NCBI GenBank assembly: GCA_018824205.1
Contig: JAHJGX010000081.1
Coordinates: 1-59,654 of the forward strand
Source: a bacterium
Lineage (GTDB): Bacteria > Fidelibacterota > UBA2242
Length of the DNA: 59,654 bases
Direction: 5' to 3'
Shown here: positions 48,491 to 55,835 of the stretch, in pieces
Layout: every line of letters starts with the position of its first letter
Numbering within the stretch: the first letter of the stretch is position 1
Notes under the pieces: model-generated
Told to the model about the DNA's origin: nothing
Databases searched by the model: none
Seen by the model: only the letters and a program-made list of their open reading frames with translations
Made by a program: the position numbers and the translations under genes

Positions 48491-48559
48491 TACACCTGAC
48501 AGGTTTAGAAGATATTTCTTCCTCAGGGTGTCGAATATTAATTAAACCTGTCAGGTGTA
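48491..48559 (-). promoter_or_regulatory. Long perfect inverted repeat / 5'-leader hairpin upstream of paralog A
   Basis: tacacctgacaggttt (48491-48506) is the perfect complement of aaacctgtcaggtgta (48544-48559). The 37-nt loop contains a nested gaaga-tatt-tcttc hairpin. On the coding strand the stem ends about 10 nt before the GTG start (48481), just before the SD. Confidence 0.5.
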
Positions 48560-48581
48560 TACTCAATTCCCTTTACTATTC

Positions 48582-49034
48582 TTATGAATATCTAGAAAAA
48601 TATCCACATGATAGAGCCACAACAATGATAAAAGTCCCGAAGGATATTTGAAATCTGTAGATCCATCGATTCATCTTTTCAAATAGTGTTTCTCCACCAA
48701 ATGTTTGGATTTCCCATCCTCGAAGAAATAAAGTTCCATGAAGAATAAAGATTGCACCCAATATTTGTAAAATGTTACTCAATATTTCTTCAGGCTTTCC
48801 GAAAAGCAAGATAAAAGCCCACCCAATAATGGTACCGATAATGGCAATGAAAATGATCTTTGCAAAGGACAGAAAATATTCTCTGCGTAGAAGATATGCA
48901 TCGGATGGATTTTCTTTTTTGTCTACATTTTTATATTCCTCTTCGTAATCCTCAAATTTTTGGGGATAAGAAATTATTATAAAAAACAGATGAAATTTCT
49001 TTATTAGGCCAATTTTTTCCGACTTGAAATACAT
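48582..49034 (-). CDS. Small integral membrane protein (3-4 TM), hypothetical
   Basis: 150 aa. Hydrophobic segments IIFIAIIGTIIGWAFILLF, ILGAIFILHGTLFL and FGTFIIVVALSCGYF. AGGAGGA SD upstream. Confidence 0.55.
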   Translation of the reverse strand: MYFKSEKIGLIKKFHLFFIIISYPQKFEDYEEEYKNVDKKENPSDAYLLRREYFLSFAKIIFIAIIGTIIGWAFILLFGKPEEILSNILQILGAIFILHGTLFLRGWEIQTFGGETLFEKMNRWIYRFQISFGTFIIVVALSCGYFSRYS

Positions 49035-49111
49035 TCTATCCTCCTATTCTGAAATCGATTTTTCCAGCCTCCCGGAGGTTCAAAACCACCGGGAGGTTTA
49101 AATATCTGGTC

Positions 49112-49243
49112 TTAACTGAATTCCGTTTTTCCACATTTCGGGCAGGGTGGTAAAGTATCATTCCAATCATCCAAAACGACCTTCTGTCCGCAATTCCTAC
49201 AATAATACATCCCTTTTCCGGGTTTTTCTCCTGTGGTTGGCAT
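49112..49243 (-). CDS. 43-aa zinc-ribbon micro-protein (MPTTGEKPGKGMYYCRNCGQKVVLDDWNDTLPPCPKCGKTEFS)
   Basis: Found by my own translation; it is below the track cut-off. CxxC-N16-CxxC. AAGGAG-type SD (aaaaggagaatcactATG). Confidence 0.55.
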   Translation of the reverse strand: MPTTGEKPGKGMYYCRNCGQKVVLDDWNDTLPPCPKCGKTEFS

Positions 49244-49257
49244 AGTGATTCTCCTTT

Positions 49258-49443
49258 TCAGTTAATGTTTAAATTCCCTGTTTGAGTTAAGCGATTTAAC
49301 TCGTCTCGAATTGCTTTAAGTCCTTTTGCTGTGACTGTAGCACCACGAGAGAAATACTCAGGACTACTTGGTAATTTTAAGATTCTTAGAATATCCCGTA
49401 GTAAGTCCTGCTTATCCTCAATAGTTTGTTTTCCTCTTGCCAT
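49258..49443 (-). CDS. 61-aa hypothetical protein
   Basis: ORF 20 nt downstream of the DUF3892 gene, in a tight operon context. No family recognised. Confidence 0.45.
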   Translation of the reverse strand: MARGKQTIEDKQDLLRDILRILKLPSSPEYFSRGATVTAKGLKAIRDELNRLTQTGNLNIN

Positions 49444-49463
49444 ATTTCTGCTCCTATTTTGTG

Positions 49464-49769
49464 TTAAAATTCTGGAAGATTTCCAAGGTTATCTTCTTCT
49501 GTTTCATTATTATCCGTTCTCAGGTATTTCTTCCCTTTTACGGTAATAATGTGAACATCTTCTCCTTTTTTCCAGTTTCCTTTATCGTTTGTAGTAATTG
49601 TAATGAATGAAGATCCCTTTTCAATTGTTTCGACTACTTTCGTACGAGTCCATTCTGAGGGTGCCTCAATAGTGTCACCCAAATCTTTGTGAACTTTGAC
49701 TTTTTCGATGTGTTTTTTCTCGCTATCATATTTTACTGCAGATATGCAGTAATCAGCCCATTTAGCCAT
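49464..49769 (-). CDS. DUF3892 domain protein
   Basis: 101 aa. MAKWADYCISAVKYD .. HIEKVKVH .. VVETIEKGSSFITI .. KKYLRTDNNETEEDNLGNLPEF is the DUF3892 pattern. Confidence 0.7.
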   Translation of the reverse strand: MAKWADYCISAVKYDSEKKHIEKVKVHKDLGDTIEAPSEWTRTKVVETIEKGSSFITITTNDKGNWKKGEDVHIITVKGKKYLRTDNNETEEDNLGNLPEF

Positions 49770-49787
49770 TTTTTGTTCCTCCTTCTC

Positions 49788-49964
49788 TTATTTTTCTTTC
49801 CTCACCCCTTTAAAGGGTTTATCATCACTGGTTTTTTGGTCCATAAACTTACCAGTCGCGGTATCCCGCTTGACCCAATGATCAGCTTTAGGATTGTGTG
49901 TTTGCGAGCGGTCTTTCACCGCTCCGTGTCTGTGACCGTCGCCGGTCGGGGGATTGGTTGCCAT
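49788..49964 (-). CDS. Small basic protein, paralog B (58 aa: MATNPPTGDGHRHGAVKDRSQTHNPKADHWVKRDTATGKFMDQKTSDDKPFKGVRKEK)
   Basis: Found by my own translation; it is below the track cut-off. AAGGAGG SD 6 nt upstream of the ATG. Confidence 0.65.
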   Translation of the reverse strand: MATNPPTGDGHRHGAVKDRSQTHNPKADHWVKRDTATGKFMDQKTSDDKPFKGVRKEK

Positions 49965-49979
49965 AACAGCCTCCTTTTG

Positions 49980-50366
49980 TTATAATTTTCTCATTTCAAA
50001 CAGGAAGTTTCCTATCTCATACAGAATTGTTCTCATTTCAAATAGCAAATTTCTTGTTTCAAACAGCATCGTTCCTGTTTCAGATAGGAAATTTGTTGTT
50101 TCAGATAGCATCACTGCTGTTTCAAATAGCAAATTTCTTGTTTCAAACAGCATCGTTCCTGTTTCAAATAGCAAATTTCTTGTTTCAAACAGCATCGTTC
50201 CTGTTTCAGATAGGAAATTTGTTGTCTCAGATAGCATCGCTGCTGTTTCAGATAGGAAGTTTGTTGTTTCGGATAGGAATACTGCTATCTCAAACATCAA
50301 AAGAGAACGACCTGACAAGTCCACCATTAAAACACTCTGATGCAACCGGCCAGGTCGATTGAACAT
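49980..50366 (-). CDS. Possible heptad-repeat protein encoded by the 21-bp array (14 consecutive E-[TIM]-x-x-[FMLI]-L-[SFY] heptads); coding status unresolved
   Basis: 128-aa ORF. Its ATG lies 2 nt after the stop of the 162-aa gene, with GGAAGGG upstream. Its stop lies 13 nt before the ATG of paralog B, so it exactly fills the gap in a tight operon. However, 3 of 6 frames are open across the array and unit variation shows no third-position bias. Confidence 0.3.
   Translation of the reverse strand: MFNRPGRLHQSVLMVDLSGRSLLMFEIAVFLSETTNFLSETAAMLSETTNFLSETGTMLFETRNLLFETGTMLFETRNLLFETAVMLSETTNFLSETGTMLFETRNLLFEMRTILYEIGNFLFEMRKL
49993..50307. repeat. Tandem array of ~15 x 21-bp repeats (consensus GTTTCARAYAGSA + 8 variable nt); four subtypes arranged in 42/84-bp higher-order blocks
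   Basis: Units start at 49993, 50014, 50035 and so on every 21 bp up to 50287. Units at 50035, 50119 and 50161 are identical (gtttcaaatagcaaatttctt, with a for g at position 1 of the first). Units at 50056, 50140 and 50182 are identical (gtttcaaacagcatcgttcct). Units at 50077 and 50203 are identical (gtttcagataggaaatttgtt). Confidence 0.95.
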
Positions 50367-50368
50367 TG

Positions 50369-50857
50369 CTACCCTTCCGCCGGAGGATCTGTCGTGGCCG
50401 CTGTTGTTGTGCGTTCGAACCGCTGTTTCAGGTCATCGTAAATAACCTGAGCGCCGGGAATACCGGCTCCGGCCGCTTGTTTCACAGCTTTGTAAAACTG
50501 CAGGGCGCCTTTGTAGGCTTCACTGCCGGATAGCAGGATGGTGTCATTCAGTGTAGTATTGAGGTTTTCTACCTTGCGATAGAATTCCGTCAACAGGGAC
50601 ACCGCCTGAAAATCCACCTTCATTTCCGGCACGTTTAGATAACTGGGCACAAAACCGGAGTTAGTCTCGGCGTACTCAATGGCTTTATCCACAAAGGGGA
50701 TTGATTTATCCCGCATTTTGGGAATACCCTTCTTTTCATCCTTCGTCAACGCAATCAGAAACGGCTGCAGTTTCTCTTCCAGCGTTACCAGGGCTGCCCG
50801 GATCGCGTCCTGATCCTCCGCCGAAATCTGAATCGACACTAAGTTGTCTTTTGCCAT
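50369..50857 (-). CDS. 162-aa conserved hypothetical protein (first gene of the small-protein cassette)
   Basis: MAKDNLVSIQISAEDQDAIRAALVTLEEKLQPFLIALTKDEKKGIPKM .. GSEAYKGALQFYKAVKQAAGAGIPGAQVIYDDLKQRF. Helical and soluble-looking. No family name recalled. Confidence 0.6.
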   Translation of the reverse strand: MAKDNLVSIQISAEDQDAIRAALVTLEEKLQPFLIALTKDEKKGIPKMRDKSIPFVDKAIEYAETNSGFVPSYLNVPEMKVDFQAVSLLTEFYRKVENLNTTLNDTILLSGSEAYKGALQFYKAVKQAAGAGIPGAQVIYDDLKQRFERTTTAATTDPPAEG

Positions 50858-50944
50858 AGCATTTTCCTTTCACTTTAGTTTTTCGTTTTCCTCTTCCCAC
50901 TCTACGATTACCCCATCGGAGAACATTGCCCACATCTTATAAAG

Positions 50945-51135
50945 CACCCCCGAAGGGGCTCCTTTGGAGCAAATACCTCCAACAGGAGTCTCTTTTGAGA
51001 CAAGCATCAAATAACCCTGATACGGTCGCATACTCCCTACAGGGCAGGCAAACAATATCAAAGAACCAATTTCCAAGCACCAAATATCAAATACCAAACA
51101 ATATCCCCCATCAGGGGCTCCCGGTGGAGCAATAT
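50945..51135. repeat. Intergenic mini-hairpin repeats (two copies of CCCC-N4-GGGG + CTCC-N3/4-GGAG doublet)
   Basis: cacccccgaaggggctcctttggagcaaata (50945-50975), followed by cctcc-aaca-ggag and tctc-tttt-gaga. Second copy cccccatcaggggctcccggtggagcaatat (51105-51135). A third copy lies in inverted orientation at 57844-57873. Confidence 0.6.
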
Positions 51136-51226
51136 TTAAATCCCAATGACCAAAACAACGAATGATAGGCATTATCACGTTTGGAATTTGATTTTTGAGT
51201 GATTAGGATTTGTTTGTGTTTTGTCA
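51042..51226. repeat. Right copy of the island-flanking sequence (see 39603-39716)
   Basis: gggcaggcaa at 51042-51051 and gtttggaatttgatttttgagtgattaggatttg at 51179-51212. About 60 extra nt relative to the left copy carry a mini-hairpin doublet. Confidence 0.45.
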
Positions 51227-51244
51227 TTTGGATATTGTGATTTC

Positions 51245-54200
51245 TCATTTCATGTAGATCATTTTTCTGTTGCAATTGAAACCATTTGATCTAAGATTAT
51301 AGATATAAATACCTGTGGGAACTGGTTGACCATACATATTAAAGCCTTTCCAAGTGACAGAGTAATAGCCAGGTGCATATTGACCCTGAGCGATTCGTGT
51401 AACCTCGTTACCACGCATGTCATAAATTGTTAAAACAAGTGCGGTTAATTCGGGAAGGCTGAATGAAATATTAGTCTCGGGATTGAAGGGATTTGGGTAG
51501 TTTTGAAACAGTGCATATTCATATGGCAAACTTTCCGGCTTGTCTTCTATAATCCCAATAGGGTAATAATGGACAAATATTGTTCTGATGTTTACACTGT
51601 TCCGCGAAAGACCTTGATTCCAAGCCTGTGCACGAACCTCATATTCAAAGTATGTACCTTCAACCATATGAGGCAAATCCCAGATTAATCTATAGTAATC
51701 CACATCTGAACCTAGCACTGTAAATTTTTCACCTTTTCCAACGGTTACGAAATTATTATACCCCTTTACTCTTGCCTGCAAGGTAAGTGAGTCACACTTC
51801 AATGATCTTGATACTGAAACCCAAATTGGACATTGTGTTTCAGTGGTAAAATCAATCGTATCTGAAATTGCCATGCCATATGGATCATACCCGATAAGTA
51901 GTTCTGATACCGGTACGATGTGCTCCCAATTCACCTTCAGGTATGTTGAATCAGATATTCCGGCGTCACAGGCAGATTCCGCAACGATAACGATCATACT
52001 AGTATCACCGATTGAAGAAGCACCGTATGATACCTCAATACCGAATGTTCTACATTCTCCGTGAGGGATTTCAACTGTATAGTCATTACCAACCCCATTA
52101 ATCACTGTTGATACATGAGTAGTATTGGTTTCCTGCGGTATGTAAATACGGAAAGAGCCGGAGGCATTCTCGATAAAATTTAGATTACATACGGAAACTT
52201 CGAATGCAGCTACTTCTGTTACTTTTGAATTGGTCGACACATCAGATGTGGGATTTATAGATACACTCTGTGCAGCAGACGTATAAAATTCCCAGGGGCA
52301 AGAAGAAACACTATTCTTTGAGATAAATAACGGTGTACCAAAAATATCATCTCGATAAACATCTACTTCGAACAAATCAATTGCATCATCATCACCCAAG
52401 TAATAGCCGGTTCTTTCTTCAATAACATTAGTTAAAGAAGAACTTCTTCCTATAGTAATACCCGCTGTGGCGCTACCTTCAACTGATCCAACTCCAAGTC
52501 CTAATTTTGCGGAGACTGTACTATTAATTGTTATATCATGGTAGAATGTAGTTGTTACAGATCGAATTAATGTTTCCGAGTATTCTTTCACTATCGTGCC
52601 ACCTGTGATGGAATAATTATGTAACCAAGTAACATACTTGAGTTCTTCCTCGGAAATGTGGTTATCCATTGCAGGATTTAGGTCAAGTATCTGTTGCCAT
52701 AATTCTCGACAACTACTCGGGTCATCATCCAAAAAACAGTCGGATTCTATAATTCGATTAAGAATATGATTAGCAGGATATAAAAAAACCGTTTCTATTG
52801 TATCAGGTGCCCAGAAAAGGGTCGTATCTATCACGACATTACATTCATTTAATATGACATCTGCACATAATCCATATCTAATATTCATACCAATTCCAAC
52901 AAAAAGATCCCCCTTTCCTGGACCTATGATTGTTGGATCATCATTACTCTGAGGTGAGGTAACCAATTCATGAGTCATGAATGTCATTTCAGCGCTACTA
53001 TCGATTGCTACCTTGTATTCAGCTGAAATTTCTCCTGAGATTTCGGCACCAACGCCAAATACATTCTTACCGGCTTTTGCTTTTACTGAGGCACCAAGGT
53101 TGCCGAGAAAAGAGAGAGATATATTTTGTGTGAAAGTTTCGGTCTTTTCAAAAAGTGAATAAGACAGATCACCAGGTGGATCATGTAGTATCCTGATGGG
53201 GATTTCGGGCAATGCAGTGATGAAAGATTCACCTAGCAATTTTGCACCAGTAACAACGATTGCATATGTGACACCGTCATTAGATTCACCAGGGGCTCCA
53301 GTATATGCCTCGACTGTTAGACTCTTAGTATAGTTTGGTGGGTTATCATATGCCGGATTACCACCTTTAAGATCGTAGGATACAAATCCATCTTCAGTCG
53401 TGAGATTTATTGGCTCACTATTTTTATCACCGACTTCATCAATTATCACTACCGTGGCACCGTCAACCAGGCACCCTTCAGTATCTTGCACTCTGATCGT
53501 GATTGGTTTTATTTCACCACTAGCTACCGTGAACAGATCTGCACAACTTATCACTTGTGGCAGATCGATAACATCCACTATAAGGCTAAGCTTAGGCAGG
53601 AATATTACTGTTTGATCAGATGTAAGTGTAATTGTCTTAACATCACCCTCGAACCAACCAGGATTAACAATAGAAAAAGCTGATATTGTAAATGTTAAAG
53701 GGGACAGTTGGGGCGTGGGCGCTACCCCCACAGAACCAGTATTGTATTCTTGGGATAAGCACCCTGAAAGCGTTTCTACTGAAAAACTTACGTTTGGAAT
53801 CATTTCGCCACAGGCTGTTTTTGCTTCAAGAATAAGTGTAAAAAATGTCGTACACTCAAAGTTAATATCTTCCTTGGGACCAGTAATTAGTTCAGAGACG
53901 ACACCCGATGGACTAAAATCCATATTTTCCTTGATTGCTTGAAAAGTATGATTTCCTAATGGCAATGAGGTGGTCCAGTGTCCTGTTGGATCGGTGAATA
54001 CTGATCCCGTACTCCCACCATCAATCCTGATTTCCACACCATTGACACCGCAACTAGTTCCTTGAAAAGTGACATTGCCACCGACTGAGTACGTTGATTT
54101 ATCAATGAAGTTGGCATCTTCTTTAGAATGTAAACCGTCATTTAGGGAAACAGGAATAGACGGAGGCTCAAAGGTATGACCATCACTGGTTGATGGGGTT

Positions 54201-55822
54201 ACCGTGTAATCTCCCCATTGTAGACCTGATATTTTGTAGTACCCATTTGCATCTGTTGTCCCACTTTTGCCACCGGCACTTACAAGGATACCCTGAACAC
54301 CTCCTCCATCCAGACTGGTAATTCGTCCCCTTATCCAGGTTGGTCTCCAACCAGTGTTTATGTCTGACCAGTCAGAATCGCCACAATCAGTATTAACTGC
54401 ATTGACACGATATGAATGTTCCTTTCCAATAATTGCAGTGTTATCGTTCCATGATGTTGTATTCGCTGGGACGGAATACTCATTGGCACCATCACGCTGA
54501 ATTTTAAAGCCAGTCTCACCAGAAACATCATTCCAGGTGACTTTTACATAGTCATCATAATTTCCATTACTAGCTGAAATACCAGAAGGAGTTGACGGTT
54601 GGGTCGAAGCGTAGCCTGAATTCGATCCATAACTGGTCGACCACCCACAATCATTACCTGAATACACATAATATAGAGTACTGGTTGAAGGCGGTGAAGA
54701 ATCCCGAAAAGGTGAGGAGGCATCATCACTCAAATTTTCATTACTACGCTTCACTCTATATTTCGTTGCCCCGGTTACAGAACTCCAGCTAATGTCTACA
54801 TAGTCACATGTACCATCAGTTGCTGCAACATTCGAAGGAGCATTGGGAGCACTCCTCATCTTCCCGCTATCAGAATCATAGCTGGTAGACCAACCACAGC
54901 TATTACCTGCATATACGTAATAGGTAGTGCTGGACATTGAAGCCCCACTATCCGTGAAGGGTGATGTGGCATCATAGCTTAGGACAGTACTCCCGCGTTT
55001 GACCTGATACTTTGTGGCACCGGTAACGCCTGTCCAAGTTATGTCAACATAACCACATATGTCATCTGTCGCATTGACATTTGAAGGTGTTCCTGGGGGA
55101 TCGCATGTGTAATCTATAACTACTGTTACCTTAACGACCTCATAATTATCTTCTGAATAAACAATTGGATCAATCCCAACGACACCACCCACGGTAATGT
55201 CAATCATATCGAAATAACTAGCTGGAATTTGAATGACATTTTCAATATAGCTGTTACTTAGTGGCCACTCCTGTTCCAACCAATCCCAAGTAATTTTCTT
55301 TCTCATTGTCATTTTCGTACTACTACCATATGAATCACATCTTTTCCCAAGTATTTTAACAGTAATAGAATTAATCGTCTGGTAGGTTGGATAGGGAAAG
55401 AACCAATCTGCACCTCCGTATTTATCAAGAGTCCCAGTACTATATCCTACAACAACGTTGTTACCTGTGAGACACAAGTTCCCTTTTAAGTAATAATCCC
55501 AAGCATCTCGATATTCACCTCCATATTTATAGGCAATGTGTGAGGATTTGGGAGTAGTCGCACTTTCAATATTGTGTGAACTGTTTTTAATCCATATATC
55601 CTTATCATCAATAATGTCGCTTAATACAAGAAAATCTGTATCATTCAATAAAATTTGGTAGGTACCTCTTCCTGAAATATCTAATTGTGGTATTTGATTT
55701 GTAATTAATTGTCCAATACTATCAGTCCAAACAGAGACCTGTATATCATAATATGTTTGACAATAGGACTTCTGCTGAAATATTACCAATAAGATTATAA
55801 ATGCAATTGCTAAACGTTTCAT
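51245..55822 (-). CDS. Giant T9SS-sorted surface protein (3 FN3-like repeats, CarboxypepD_reg-like domain, Por C-terminal sorting domain)
   Basis: Signal peptide MKRLAIAFIILLVIFQQKSYCQ. Three repeats of about 80 aa (..YVDITWTGVTGATKYQVKR.. / ..YVDISWSSVTGATKYRVKR.. / ..YVKVTWNDVSGETGFKIQR..). IRGRITSLDGGGVQGILVSAGGKSGTTDANGYYKISGL. C-terminus QNYPNPFNPETNISF..LTIYDMRGNEV..GIYIYNLRS. Confidence 0.85.
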   Translation of the reverse strand: MKRLAIAFIILLVIFQQKSYCQTYYDIQVSVWTDSIGQLITNQIPQLDISGRGTYQILLNDTDFLVLSDIIDDKDIWIKNSSHNIESATTPKSSHIAYKYGGEYRDAWDYYLKGNLCLTGNNVVVGYSTGTLDKYGGADWFFPYPTYQTINSITVKILGKRCDSYGSSTKMTMRKKITWDWLEQEWPLSNSYIENVIQIPASYFDMIDITVGGVVGIDPIVYSEDNYEVVKVTVVIDYTCDPPGTPSNVNATDDICGYVDITWTGVTGATKYQVKRGSTVLSYDATSPFTDSGASMSSTTYYVYAGNSCGWSTSYDSDSGKMRSAPNAPSNVAATDGTCDYVDISWSSVTGATKYRVKRSNENLSDDASSPFRDSSPPSTSTLYYVYSGNDCGWSTSYGSNSGYASTQPSTPSGISASNGNYDDYVKVTWNDVSGETGFKIQRDGANEYSVPANTTSWNDNTAIIGKEHSYRVNAVNTDCGDSDWSDINTGWRPTWIRGRITSLDGGGVQGILVSAGGKSGTTDANGYYKISGLQWGDYTVTPSTSDGHTFEPPSIPVSLNDGLHSKEDANFIDKSTYSVGGNVTFQGTSCGVNGVEIRIDGGSTGSVFTDPTGHWTTSLPLGNHTFQAIKENMDFSPSGVVSELITGPKEDINFECTTFFTLILEAKTACGEMIPNVSFSVETLSGCLSQEYNTGSVGVAPTPQLSPLTFTISAFSIVNPGWFEGDVKTITLTSDQTVIFLPKLSLIVDVIDLPQVISCADLFTVASGEIKPITIRVQDTEGCLVDGATVVIIDEVGDKNSEPINLTTEDGFVSYDLKGGNPAYDNPPNYTKSLTVEAYTGAPGESNDGVTYAIVVTGAKLLGESFITALPEIPIRILHDPPGDLSYSLFEKTETFTQNISLSFLGNLGASVKAKAGKNVFGVGAEISGEISAEYKVAIDSSAEMTFMTHELVTSPQSNDDPTIIGPGKGDLFVGIGMNIRYGLCADVILNECNVVIDTTLFWAPDTIETVFLYPANHILNRIIESDCFLDDDPSSCRELWQQILDLNPAMDNHISEEELKYVTWLHNYSITGGTIVKEYSETLIRSVTTTFYHDITINSTVSAKLGLGVGSVEGSATAGITIGRSSSLTNVIEERTGYYLGDDDAIDLFEVDVYRDDIFGTPLFISKNSVSSCPWEFYTSAAQSVSINPTSDVSTNSKVTEVAAFEVSVCNLNFIENASGSFRIYIPQETNTTHVSTVINGVGNDYTVEIPHGECRTFGIEVSYGASSIGDTSMIVIVAESACDAGISDSTYLKVNWEHIVPVSELLIGYDPYGMAISDTIDFTTETQCPIWVSVSRSLKCDSLTLQARVKGYNNFVTVGKGEKFTVLGSDVDYYRLIWDLPHMVEGTYFEYEVRAQAWNQGLSRNSVNIRTIFVHYYPIGIIEDKPESLPYEYALFQNYPNPFNPETNISFSLPELTALVLTIYDMRGNEVTRIAQGQYAPGYYSVTWKGFNMYGQPVPTGIYIYNLRSNGFNCNRKMIYMK

Positions 55823-55835
55823 AATAGTTATCCCC

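Noticed and set aside
49993-50307. Could the repeat array be a CRISPR array?
   Set aside because: The units are contiguous 21-mers with no unique spacers; the variable 8 nt recur in only four versions. The period is far shorter than repeat + spacer in CRISPR, and no cas genes are present in the window.
50870-51178. Track ORFs 50870..51178(-) and 50926..51165(+) in the gap between the 162-aa gene and the giant T9SS gene
   Set aside because: No SD and odd composition. They span the mini-hairpin repeats and the CA-rich low-complexity sequence, so the region is better explained as a repeat-bearing intergenic region.
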